Source: Octopus vulgaris (lineage: Eukaryota). From it: DNA of 64,000 bases. A model generated the notes under the pieces. That model was not told the DNA's origin and did no database searches. It saw nothing but the letters and a program-made list of their open reading frames with translations. Made by a program: the position numbers and the translations under genes. Positions 47,110 through 59,065 of the stretch are shown here, piece by piece (position 1 is the first letter of the stretch; every line of letters starts with the position of its first letter). The stretch lies in assembly GCA_951406725.2 (NCBI GenBank), contig OX597815.1, positions 21,514,001 to 21,578,000 on the forward strand, written 5' to 3'.

Positions 47110-48085
47110 AAAAAAACCTCAATTCAACACCAAGTGCCCCAACTGGTTGCACACCACAAGGTTCAACGGAACCTACTGAACTAAGCCAACACATTCGCTG
47201 CATTACTATGGTTGATGGCGCGGCTAAGGCTTTGGAACAACCAAGCACCCTCACAGTCATCACCTGACGCCTCGATAAGGCGAGCCGCCAACGATGTCAA
47301 GAACTTCGCTGTTAGCGGCCCAGCCCCTCCGAACGTTACGAGTTGGAAGAAATGGTTCAATGATAAGTCCCGATACTTAAAGATTTTGTTCCGTTCGGCT
47401 TCGGAAGTAGTGACCCTACAAATGGTAAGGCCAACTGGTTTCTTCCCATCACTTCTGGATAATCCTGACAACTCCAGAACCGAGGATATTAACCAGAGCC
47501 AGGGCCCACTTAATGATTAAGTTTAGCTCAGTGTGACGAGCGAAACGACCAGCGGCGAGCTGGCAGAAACGTTAGCATGCCGGGCGAAATGCTTAGCGGT
47601 ATTTCGTCTGCCGTTACGTTCTGAGTTCAAATTCCGCCGAGGTCGACTTTGCCTTTCATCCTTTCGGGGTCGATAAATTAAGTACCAGTACGCACTGGGG
47701 TCGATATAATCGACTTAATTCGTTTGTCTGTCCTTGTTTGTTCCCTCTGTGTATAAGCCCCTTGTGGGTAGTAAAGAAATAGGTATTTCCTCTGTCACTA
47801 CGTTCTGAGTTCAAATCCTGCCGAAGTCGACTTTGCCTTTCATCCTTTCGGGATCGATTAAATAAGTATCAGTTACGCACTGATGTCGATATAATCGACT
47901 TAATCCGTTTGTCTGTCCTTGTTTGTCCCCTCTGTGGCAGTAAAGAAAAAAAAAAAAACCACCAGCATTTAGGTGACAAGACAAACCATGGAGGTTTGTG
48001 GAGTCGAAGGGACCTGCCACAGCGACATCTCAGTCTCCAACAGATGTCAGCTTCCACTCTGAATGCAATTGAAATGCGGAGCTCA
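47110..48085 (-). mobile_element. CRE-like non-LTR retrotransposon 3' fragment (CCHC + RLE) split by a SINE dimer
   Basis: LRISIAFRV..IC..RCRCG..HGLSC|AGRFARHTELN...DGKKP.G...AERNKIFKY...WLFQSLSRAINHSNA; SINE dimer 47554-47960 with TSD accagc. Confidence 0.7.
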
Positions 48086-48400
48086 ATGATGGGAAGAAAC
48101 CAGATGGTCGTACCCTTTATCCCTGGGTAAGAAGTAGGTGTCTCATCAGGGACACCACAGTCTGTGATTCCTTTGCTCCCTCCAACATCCTGGATGCTGT
48201 AAATGGGAGAGTCACTACTTTCGTAACCGAACGGAACAAAATCCTTAAGTATCGGATCTTGTCAATGAACCATTTCTTCCCGTGATGTTCGTTTGAGATG
48301 TTTGGAGGGGCTGGGTCGCTAACAGTGAAGTTCTTGCCATCGTTGGCAGCCCACCTTACCTAGGTGTCAGGTAATGCCCGTGAAGGTGCTTGGTTTTCCT
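48086..48400 (+). mobile_element. Second CRE-like RLE fragment, opposite orientation
   Basis: DGKKPDGRTLYPW...DTTVCDSFAPS...ERNKILKY...EMFGGAG. Confidence 0.7.
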
Positions 48401-48954
48401 AAAAGTACTGCGGAATTCTCTTGTTGAATATTGTTGAATACCGTCTGTAATTACACATGAATTTCAGTTATCTAAAATCAATGGCATTCTAATCGTGACT
48501 ATCCAGTTTTTTTTGTATATCTAAAATGACTTTTTTTTTTTAAACAGAAGGCTGTGATTTGGAGGTGGGTTTCGCTGCTCTACGTAGTAGGTCGAACGAT
48601 TTCATAAACACCCCCTCGTTGTTCATGACAGTTATTTTGCCAGGCAGTGCTCTTTCATTTACCATAGGTTGAGTACAGTTGAAAGTAACCTTTAACGTAC
48701 ATTATCGGTGCCATTCAAACGAAACTGAATCTGTCAAAGATGTAAAGATATCAGGAATTTTATAACGTTTATCCGAAGACGGTCTGATTCACACACGTCG
48801 AATACAAAAACCTAAAGCGGAGACGTGAAATGAAATGTATTGAGTTTCTGCTAGTGCGCTTCTACGATGAGCAAATAAAATTTTAAACGTTTTAACATTC
48901 GACAGAAGAAAATAACAAACCAAATATGAGTTTAAAATATCAAAAATTGTTTAA

Positions 48955-49174
48955 CCCTTTCGTTACCAACCCGGTTGAAACCGGCTCTGGCTCTGAGTAC
49001 AAATGTCTTGTTTTCATAAGTTTTGAATTGAAATCTTCCACCAAACCTTAGTCACAATTTATGTTCCTAACACTAGCTGAATGATAACTAAGTTATTTTA
49101 CTAAATTCTTTGTTATATTTAAAGTAATTGAAAGAAACACAGAGCATCTCAAAATAAATACAGTAACAAAAGGG
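48955..49174. mobile_element. piggyBac-type MITE, family C
   Basis: TTAA|CCCTTTCGTTAC...GTAACAAAAGGG; near-identical to 61422-61641. Confidence 0.8.
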
Positions 49175-49204
49175 AACTTTGACAATCCGACTTGATTTAA
49201 CCTT

Positions 49205-49216
49205 TGCGCATGCGCA
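49205..49216. promoter_or_regulatory. NRF1/ewg-type palindrome in the likely ZNF promoter
   Basis: Perfect TGCGCATGCGCA in a CpG-retaining region about 0.9 kb upstream of the ZNF ORF. Confidence 0.55.
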
Positions 49217-50143
49217 GTCCGATTTAATGTCAATTAAGAAATCCCATGCGAATTACAACAGAAACAGAGATAATAATAATACAAAATAATTAACACTATT
49301 ATTATTAATGAATCTCTCTCTAAAAGAGGGTTAAAAAGAAACTGAAATATCGAAATTTGCCTTGTAGTGTGGAGACTTTTTTGTTTGTACTTTAAGACAA
49401 TAACACACACTGAAATCTGGTTATTCCATATTATACACCTCTGTAATCACACGCGGGTATATGTATGTTGCAGCATTTACACACAGCAGCGCATAAACAG
49501 AAACTCGAAGCATTTCATCGACTCCGTTTCATTCCTTTAAAATTTTATTTTACTTTTTTTCATGAATTTGTTTTTCATTTTACTCGTATCACCCTTTCTC
49601 AGTTTTTCGTTTTTGCTCTATTTTTTTCTGTGTTTTGTTTTTATTCGGACCAATGCCTTTGGTGTATCCTCATCAACCATATTCCAACACATTCTTAAAG
49701 TAGAAGTCTTCTTTTGTGAGCAAAAAGGGATCCAATCAAGGACATTCTTGTACTAAAGAGGATAATTTACACGCGTATAAATAAATATAAGCTTATGATA
49801 TCCGAAACAAGGAACCAAACCATAACTGATTTATACTCACAGACATTCCTCCAATTTCAATAATTTTTCGATAATTAACATGGAGATTGTTAATCACTAT
49901 GATAATAATAATATGACTGTTTTTAATATTGACTCAGTTACAAGAATATGCAGTTGTGAGAAACCTTTACGTAGACAAATTTCTGAATATTGTGAATATT
50001 TCTGAACATTGTTGTCCTTCTCTGTAGGAAGACGTTCAAAACATTGTCTTTCACGTAGGAACAAATACACAATAGAAAAAAAGATATCGGACTGAAATAT
50101 GGAAATTCTTTTGTCTTCGACGGTATTTTAACAAGACAAAACA

Positions 50144-51931
50144 ATGCACTCTGGGCAAAACCCGTTTCACTGTCAGATATGTGGGAAATCTTTCACTAAA
50201 AATTCACATTTTATTGTCCACAAGCGTAGTCATACCGGAGAAAAACCATTCCGTTGTGCAATATGCGGTAAGTCTTTTATCTCTAACAGCAATTTAACCA
50301 GTCACAGAATAATACATACGGGAGAAAAACCGTTCCATTGTGAGACATGTGGTAAATCTTTTAGTAATAATTCGAATCTTGTTGTCCATGTACGTAGACA
50401 CACGGGAGAAAAGGCCTACCACTGTGAACTATGTGAGAAATGCTTTATTACTAATGGTCAGTTAAAAGCACACCAGAGAATACATTCCAGAGAAAGCTTG
50501 TTTCATTGTGAAGTGTGCGGGAAATCATTCTTTAGAAATTCACAACTTACTATCCATAAACGGGTACACACGGGAGAAAAACCTTATCGCTGTGAAATAT
50601 GCGGGAAATGCTTTGTTTTTAATGCTCACTTGAAATCTCATAACAGGTTACACACGGGAGAAAACCTGTTCCACTGTGAACTATGCGGGAAATCTTTCAT
50701 TAAAAGTTCGAAGCTTGCTATCCACCAAAGAATTCACACTAAACCGTATTGCTGTGAAGTATGCGGGAAATCCTTTGTGTCTAACAATCAGCTGAGAACA
50801 CACGGCAGAATTCATACTGGGGAAAAGCCTTTTTGCTGTGAGATCTGCGGTAAAGCATTTGTGACAAATGGTAATTTGACAACTCACAAACGAATTCATA
50901 CTGGGGAAAAACCATTTCATTGTGAAACATGCGGAAAGTGTTTCACGTCAAACGACCACTTGAAAACACACAAAATTGTGCACACGGGAGAAAAAGCTTA
51001 TCGTTGTGAAATCTGTGGCAAATATTTTGTCTCAAAGACTAATTTAATAATACACAAACGAATACATAGTGGGGAAAGACCGTACTACTGTGAAATCTGC
51101 GGAAAATCTTTTGTGTTCAGCAGTAATTTAACGAGACATAAACGAATACACACGGGGGAAAAACCGTATCATTGTGAAATCTGTGGAAAATGTTTTGTTT
51201 CTAATAGTAATTTAACAACACATAAACGAATACACACAGGGCAGAACCTGTTTCATTGTGAAATATGTGGGTTGTCTTTCATAGAAAACTCTCGGTTGAC
51301 GATCCACATACGAAGCCATACGGGAGAAAAACCATATTGTTGTGAAATCTGCGGGAAATCTTTTGTGTCCAACAGCAATTTAACGACGCATAGTAGAATA
51401 CACTCTGGAGAAAAACCATATCACTGTGATATCTGTGGAAAGTCTTTCATTAAGCATTCGAATGTTGTTATTCACAAGCGAGCCCACACTGGGGAGAAAC
51501 CCTATCACTGTGAAATATGTGGAAAATCATTCTCTGTTAATTCGAGTCTTGTCGTTCACAAACGGATTCATACTGGGGAAAACCCGTTTCACTGTGAGAT
51601 ATGTGGAAAATCTTTCGTGGAAAACTCTCATCTTACAATTCACAAGCGAGCACACACGGGAGAAAAACCGTACCACTGTGATATATGCGATAAGTCATTC
51701 TCGGTTAGTTCTAGTCTTCTAGTTCACAAACGTAGACACACTGGAGAAAAGCCGTACTGCTGTGAAATATGCGGGAAATCTTTTGTGAATAATAGTGATT
51801 TAAACCGACACGAACGAATTCACACAGGAGGCAAACACTATAGATGTGAATTATGTGGAAAATCATTCGTTACTAACAGTCTCTTGAAAAGGCATGAACG
51901 TGTACACACTGAGGGAAAGCCTTTTCACTGA
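50144..51931 (+). CDS. C2H2 zinc-finger protein, 21 tandem fingers, no recognisable effector domain in this ORF
   Basis: 595-aa ORF of C-x2-C-x12-H-x3-H units with TGEKPY-type linkers; typical of the coleoid C2H2 expansion. Confidence 0.93.
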   Translation: MHSGQNPFHCQICGKSFTKNSHFIVHKRSHTGEKPFRCAICGKSFISNSNLTSHRIIHTGEKPFHCETCGKSFSNNSNLVVHVRRHTGEKAYHCELCEKCFITNGQLKAHQRIHSRESLFHCEVCGKSFFRNSQLTIHKRVHTGEKPYRCEICGKCFVFNAHLKSHNRLHTGENLFHCELCGKSFIKSSKLAIHQRIHTKPYCCEVCGKSFVSNNQLRTHGRIHTGEKPFCCEICGKAFVTNGNLTTHKRIHTGEKPFHCETCGKCFTSNDHLKTHKIVHTGEKAYRCEICGKYFVSKTNLIIHKRIHSGERPYYCEICGKSFVFSSNLTRHKRIHTGEKPYHCEICGKCFVSNSNLTTHKRIHTGQNLFHCEICGLSFIENSRLTIHIRSHTGEKPYCCEICGKSFVSNSNLTTHSRIHSGEKPYHCDICGKSFIKHSNVVIHKRAHTGEKPYHCEICGKSFSVNSSLVVHKRIHTGENPFHCEICGKSFVENSHLTIHKRAHTGEKPYHCDICDKSFSVSSSLLVHKRRHTGEKPYCCEICGKSFVNNSDLNRHERIHTGGKHYRCELCGKSFVTNSLLKRHERVHTEGKPFH

Positions 51932-52466
51932 TGTGAGGAATCCTGCTTTTGAAAATCTAAACACCTACCAACAGGTACACATTCGAGAATGTGGTAAAAT
52001 GTGTTAGAAATGGTTCTATGTGAATTTTCATTGGGTTTCAGATGTTCTCTCAAATGGGAGTTTATTTGAGTCTCTGTAAATATTTACTAAAATAATAAGT
52101 ATTTTTATTCAAATATTTACAAAATCCAAAGGATTAATGATTAAACACTGGTAAAAAAAACCCAAAAAACTACATGAAATATGGAGAATCATTTGACATA
52201 TTTTTTTTTATTGCTTTATCACTAGGAAGGACACTGACTATGACTCTTTCCATGGATTCTGAGACTAAAAGGAGACTTGTAACAAAGTGGATTATACTAA
52301 AAGCACTCAAGGACCAGGTGCTAGTGTTAAACTGGGTGATGGTTTAAGTCTTATGTCCAAGAAGGTCATGATGTAATTTCATTTCATTAAGCAAAGAACA
52401 TAACAAAATACTGCAACACATCATATTTGATGCTTGCTCCAGTCTGCTATATATATTGACCCTAAG

Positions 52467-52695
52467 GGCGGCGAGCTGGCAGAAACGTTAGCGTGCCGGG
52501 CGAAATGCGTAGCCGTATTTCGTCTGCTGTTATGTTCTGAGTTCAAATTCCGCCGAGGTCGGCTTTGCCTTTCATCCTTTCGGGGTCGATAAATAAAGTA
52601 CCAGTTTCGCACTGGGGTCGATGTAATCGACTTAATCCGTTTGTCTGTCCTTGTTTGTCCCCTCTATGTTTAGCCCCTTGTGGGTAGTAAAGAAA
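52467..52695 (+). mobile_element. tRNA-derived SINE with long TSD
   Basis: tatatattgaccctaa duplicated at both ends. Confidence 0.85.
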
Positions 52696-52889
52696 TATAT
52701 ATATATATTGACCCTAAAAGGTTGAAGGGCAAACCTGGTCTTAGCAGGACTTGAACTCAGAATGCAGAAAACCCTAGAAAAATACAATGATATTTTATCA
52801 GATGCTGTTTCTGTCAATTTGCTAAGCGTGGAGTGAATACAAGCTGGAAAAAGATTTGTTATTTATCATTACAATTTTTTTATAGAGAT

Positions 52890-53160
52890 GCTGAAAGAAG
52901 CCCATCGTATATCGGAAACTGAAAGAAGCTCATCGTATATATGTATATATATATGTGCGTGTTTGTGTGTCTGTGTTTGTCCTCCTAACATTGCTTGACA
53001 ACTAATGCTGGTGTGTTTACGTCCTTGTAACTTAGTGGTTCAGCAAAAGACACTGATAGAATAAGTACTAGGGTTACAAAGAATAAGTCCTGGTGTCAAT
53101 TTGCTCGACTAGAGGTGGTGCTCCAGCATGGCCGCAGTCAAATGACTGAAACAAGTAAAA
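52890..53160 (+). mobile_element. 5'-truncated CORE-like SINE
   Basis: Homologous to 13790-14036. Confidence 0.75.
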
Positions 53161-53821
53161 GAATGCAATCTCATTAAACATGACAAGAAAACTACAAGGA
53201 TAAAATCTTATACATGTGAAATTTATGGAAAGCCATGTTAACTATAAGCAAATATTTAGAAGAGAAAAATACTGAGATGGTTTGTTGAACAGATATAAAA
53301 CTAATTCTGAGAAATTATGTAAAATCTTATCAGTAGAAAATTTGTAACAAAATATTTTCAGGTATGTAAATAAAAATTTATTTTAATTAAAATCTTGCAT
53401 CTTTGAATATTTGTTGAGTGGTATTTTGTAGACTGTCAAAATAAATTTTTCTCAAGACTTATTCACCATTGAAAATGTAAAATTTATGACAAGGTATTGT
53501 TTAATAAAACTTCTTTCTACAACTTATATGAACCTAAACATTGTAGGTTCTAGATCTTGATACATGTGGTTAAAATGTTTGCTTCCCAGTCATGTAGTTT
53601 TGGGGCCACATGCTGCATGGCACCTTGGGCAAGTGTCTTACACTATAGCACTGGACCAACCAAGGCCTTTTGAGCAGGTTTGGTAGGCAGAAAGTGAAAG
53701 ATCTTAGTTGTCTATTACTTTTATCCCATGTTCTCTTGGAGTCTGGTATGTCATGTTCGTGGTTATTATTAATTAGCTTCAGGTCATTTCTGATAGGCCT
53801 ATGATCAAGTATTCCAGTCAT

Positions 53822-54258
53822 TAAAATATGTAAACCTCCTCAAGGAATGTGAAGACGCAGGCTGGAAAGTGGAATATTTTCCAATCGAAGTTGGATGTAG
53901 AGGGTTCGTTGGACACAGTGTGAGATGACTGTTGTTATCGCTAGGCCTAACTCATCGTAAAGTCAATACCACCATGACTGATATCCAAACTACAGTGGAG
54001 AAGGCTAGCCACTAGATTTGGTTAAAAAGAGACGATGAGCGATGGCTAGAAGAATATTGAGCTTTATTTGATAACCAGCTGATCTAGCAAGCAGGGCCTC
54101 ATATCATTGAGGGGGGCCAGTGCGCATTGATGTCGTCGAAAGGTAGGCCCCGAAACAGCACGCATTCTCTCCTGATGACCCCATACACTTGCTGGCTTCC
54201 GGTATGCGGAGTTTTTGACTGGTAGCACTTGCATGTGCAAGTTGTTTGCAAGACATGA
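53822..54258 (+). mobile_element. HERO-like non-LTR retrotransposon 3' end
   Basis: KYVNLLKECEDAGWKVEYFPIEVGCRGFVG...VEKASH*IWLKR...W followed by 3' UTR. Confidence 0.75.
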
Positions 54259-54937
54259 TGCTTTTTTGAACATTTAGAAGTACATAATCCATATTCCTCT
54301 TTTCTTCTTTCTTTTTTTTTTATTGAAGACAGCTGGGTGTTATTTGAGAGAGATTTAGCTGGTATTTCTAGTAGATTGAGCAACCACTTACAGATACCAT
54401 GTTTTAAATCCTTACCATAATGTTTATAGTACAGTGGATTTAAATGGTAATTTAACTACTCACAAAAGAAAACAATACTGAGTCATAAATCTTTCTGTTT
54501 CACCAAATTCTTTTTTACATATACTTGAATGCTGCTGGTATTTTACCAATTCCTTTTGCTTTCTTGGTCTGCTGTACTTACTTTCACAGTCCACATCACT
54601 CTTGGAATTAGTTGAATTCAGGTTTGTGGATGTTCAGATATTTTAAATCTCTTGCTGGTTTATGATGACATTCATACTTCAGTGGTGATTGCTTAGCAGC
54701 ACAATTTTGTTTATTCATTGCTGTTAGTCAAGACTATTTGCATCACAACCAGTTGTTTTGAGACTACATGCAATGTCATAGGTAAATATCAGTTTAAGAG
54801 AGACTATTATCTTTTATCCATACAAAGTCATTATTACTAAGTTATACCAGTGAGTCACAATAGTAGATGTGAGAAGAAAGGTTGATTGTTAGTGTATTTT
54901 GGACTGATTCTCAACTGTTGTAGTCATTTTACCATAA

Positions 54938-55125
54938 CATCATCATCGTTTAACACCCGCTTTCCATGGGTTGGATGGTTCAACTGGGATCTGGGAAGCC
55001 AGGAGGCTGCACCAGGCCCCAGTCTGATCTGGCAGTGTTTCTACAGCTGGATGCCCTTCCTAATGCCAACCACTCCGTGAGTGTAGTGGATGCTTTTTAC
55101 GTGCCACTGGCACAAAAGCCAGTCA
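54938..55125 (-). mobile_element. RTE LINE 3' UTR fragment
   Basis: Conserved tail. Confidence 0.75.
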
Positions 55126-55799
55126 AGACAACATCTGTATTTATATAATTTTCAGATGTCAAAAACCAGTTTAGTCGATACTCTCGATGGATTCTACCAA
55201 AAGCTTTACCAAAGTCAATGAAACTGATTGTGTATTGCATTGATGATTCCTGGCATTTAATTATAATACATCATCATTATACATTTTGCCTTCCTTGCTT
55301 GCATGGATTGGATGTGCTGTTTTGAGTCAGTTCTAAACCAGTGTTACCGCATTCCTCGATGTGTTGTTGGATTATGCCTTGTTCCTATGTTTCATTTTTG
55401 GCTTGGTCTCTAGGGCCAAAGAGACTCTTTTTACACTGTATTGGATGCATTTTATTGTGGTATCAACATTAGTGAAGTTACCTTTTCTCCCAGTGAGATT
55501 AAAGTGTCTTTAATATTATGTGTCTGTTGTCCAATGAAATGTGACCCAGGGAGTAGCAGATAGTGATAACAAGAAAACCAGGATATGTGGGTGAAGAGAA
55601 CAAGAGTATAAAGTTATGAGCAGAGTGTTAGGAGTGAATAGGTGGGTTAGGAAAAGAGAGGGAATGTTAGTATTGAGTGTATTGAGTATAGGATGGTGAT
55701 GGGGAGGAGTACAGGTAGGTCCAGTGCCATCCTTCATTACATGCGTGACTAGTCACAATGTGAAGACAATAAGTGATCTTCAGAGAGATGAGAGGGTCA

Positions 55800-57120
55800 G
55801 ACAGTCAAAAGAATCTCATCTCTTCCACCTTTGTAGAATTCTCTTTGCTACTATTCCTCAACCTTGATGGTTCAAGCATTGCTGTCACAGAGAAAGCCTG
55901 CACATTTCCTGCTCACTCTGCAGCCAACTCCACACTGCATATACGAGGTAATTCTCCTTTGATGCTGTCTCTTACCATTCCACCAGTCTTGTTACCATGT
56001 ACTCAATGTCATTGCACTTGATAACAGCAAAACGTCCAACTATGTCTGATGCATGAATCCCTTAACAAAAGTACTTCCTTATGATCTTCATTTGTCTCAT
56101 CTCTTAGATTGGCAGCCTTCTATCAGTTTACACCATTATGATGTGTGCTGATAGTACCCTGTCTGACTTATACTCTATCCAATCTGGTGCACCTCAATGT
56201 TCCATTTTGTCTTTCACACTCTTTCTTGTATACATGAATAACCTCTTGCTGTCACCTCCAACAATACCCTCTATTTCACAGATAGCATCACTTTTCATTT
56301 CTTCCTGATCTTCTGCACTCAAGCTTTCATCTACCTGCATTGTAAACACCTCAAGTAGTCAAACATGCACTGAGTAAATGAATAGTAACCTGAAAACCTC
56401 ATCCAGTGGGAGCATGTCAATCCTGTGTCCTTCAACATCTCAAATACACATTTATTGTGCATCAATACACAATATCATATTCCCACCCACTATGCATGAA
56501 AAACGTAGCTTGAACCCTTAAAGTTACAGCTAGGATTCACTGTCTCTTGCCTTAATTTTTAAAGTTGGAAATACTTTAGTTGTTAACATCTACTAACCCT
56601 CAACACAGCTCTGGTGAGACACCTACAATGGAGCATTGCTTCTGTTTCTGAGATAGTACTCAATTCAATTCAATTCAATTTTTATTGGCTCAAAAAGCAA
56701 AAGCAAGGCCATGTAGGGGGACAGGGAGTTATGTACAGGGAGAGTGGTCATACAAAGAGTTCAGGCCATTTCTGGTCAAGAGAGACCTTGAACCGAGCGA
56801 TCGTCGGCTGCACATAGAAATGTCTTGGACAGCATCCAAAATAAAGTTGTCTGACTAATTGGCTGTTTCTTTTCACTGCATCTTCTATAGAGGTCCCTGC
56901 TCTTCAAAGATGGCTGGTTTCATGTCCTTTCCATTCAGGTACTCTCAACTTGTCTGTTCCTCATATAATGTATATTGTTACCCCAACCCTTGAATTAATC
57001 ACCGTGATCATTCCTTCTTCCTGATGATATTAGCCCTATAGAATTCCCTTCATGTTTATGTTATTCTCTGCAGCTGTCAACTTGCAGCTATTCAAGAAGA
57101 AATTAATTGTATAAATCCCA
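55800..57120 (+). mobile_element. Old LINE RT remnant (CR1/Jockey group) with a nested minus-strand LINE 3' end (56660-56810, (TTGAA)n tail)
   Basis: GAPQCSILSFTLFLVYMNNL at about 56186; nested PTIARFKVSLDQKW. Confidence 0.55.
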
Positions 57121-58497
57121 CCAGTGTTAGAGTATCTGCAAAGGCCATGGACACAAATCCTTCCAAACCAAGCTAACAATAAAAAATAATTCTCGGGCAA
57201 AAGTTAATTATGAGTCTTTATTGCTAAACTAAAACTCCAAATTAAACTTGCAAGTAGTTCAGTGTTTCAAACATTGGTTATCATTATGTAAATATGACAA
57301 TAAGATTTCTTAATTTAGTTCAATGTAACATAACAAATGTTCAATCAAATGTCATTATTGGTTGAATATTCTGTCTCAAAAACAGCAATTGAAAGAAATT
57401 TAAAAAACACTCACCTGATCATGTGATAGACAATGCTATTCCCCATATCCATGTAAATCTCCACCATTATTTTGTAATATCAATCAATAGATCAAATAAA
57501 TGCTTCAAATTTTATTAATGGAGTTTCTTAACCAGAAAAAATAGTGTCTTCATTCATAAAGCTCCTAATTTCTTTGATCTCACTTTGAAAAAGATATAAT
57601 TTTTACCGCATTTGGAGTTTATGTCAAATTTTTCTGTGTATGTGTATAAAAAAGTAAATAGAATATTTGTGAGAGAATATTTAAACTTAGTGAGGTAACA
57701 TTCTTATGGATGAATCGCTATTGGTTGAACATAAGGATTCAGTTGTTCAATCAACTGAATTACCTGCTCCTAAATTTATGAATTAGTAGCTGAGCATTCC
57801 ACAGACATGTGTATCCTTAATGGAATTCTTGGGCACAATCAATATGTGACAAGGCCGTACGTTTTTAGTACAATTCACCCAATTTCCTTCACCAAAAGGT
57901 ATGGGTCGGCCTGAAGTTATAGAAAATGAGATTTGCATAATATTCCCAGTAGTGGGATTGAATCTGGGATCTCACAGTTGTGAAGTGACCTTCTTAACCA
58001 TTTATCAAACTGCACCTATGACATTATTTGCAAGATTAAAGGGGAAGCATTATCTAAATCTTAGGAGCTTTTTTGAATGCAATAGAGTTTTATGAAATAC
58101 CAATGGATAATCACTAAATGTATTTTCAGTATCGCTTCAATCTCTACATTGTCAAATGGCTGAGACTCTTGCGAAAATTTATGAATTCTTTAACACTATT
58201 GGGGTTCTGTACATCTTCCATTTCTTTTTAAAAAGACCACAACCTTATAAATAACAGCAAAAAGTGGCAAGAGATCACAGTTTCTATAAAGATAATTTTT
58301 GTCAGTATTTGAGAAGATTATGTCATCATCATAGATGTTAAAAATCTTGAAATTAATATGATTGGATTCCAAAAGTATAAGCATGATTTATCTTATGCTT
58401 TGACATATTTTTTCAGTTTCTAATATTCTAAAATCTATAGATATATATGTATTCTATGTTACTATGATCATATATATTTTAAACTGAATTCATTTTG

Positions 58498-58846
58498 TTT
58501 AACGTCCATTTTCAATGCTAGCATGGGTTGGACGGTTCAACTGGGGTCTGGGAAGCCAGTAGGCTGCGCCAGGCCCAGTCTGATTCGGCAGTGATTCTAC
58601 AGCTGGATACCCTTCCTAATGCCAACCACTCTGTGAGTGTAATGGGTGCTTTTTACGTGCCACCTGCACAGGTGCCAGACGAGGCTGGCAACGGCCACGA
58701 TCGGATGGTGCTTTTTACGTGCCACCAGCATGGAGGCCAGACGAGGCTGGCAAACGGCCATGATTGGATGGTGCTTTTTACGTGCCACCGGCACGGGGGC
58801 CAGACGAGGCTGGCAACAGCCACAATCAGATGGTGCTTTTTACGTG
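58498..58846 (-). mobile_element. RTE LINE 3' UTR fragment, 4 units
   Basis: Regular ~62-nt units. Confidence 0.8.
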
Positions 58847-59065
58847 AATAAAAAAGCTCTACTGGAAGTCTTCACAGTATTTTTTTGCTAATGTCATAAG
58901 TTATGCATTCAAACATTATTTCTGAATTTCTTTGTAGTACATTTTTGTAGATTTTGAGACATTTGCTTATTAATTTAGTTCATCTACGGAAAGTTTTGGG
59001 ACTATTAAACCTTCTTGAAGTTGTAGATTATATTTGTGTAGCCCTATTGCTTTCTTGTCACATTA

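Noticed and set aside
51426-51722. Alternative-frame and antisense ORFs within the ZNF
   Set aside because: Typical by-products of repetitive finger codons
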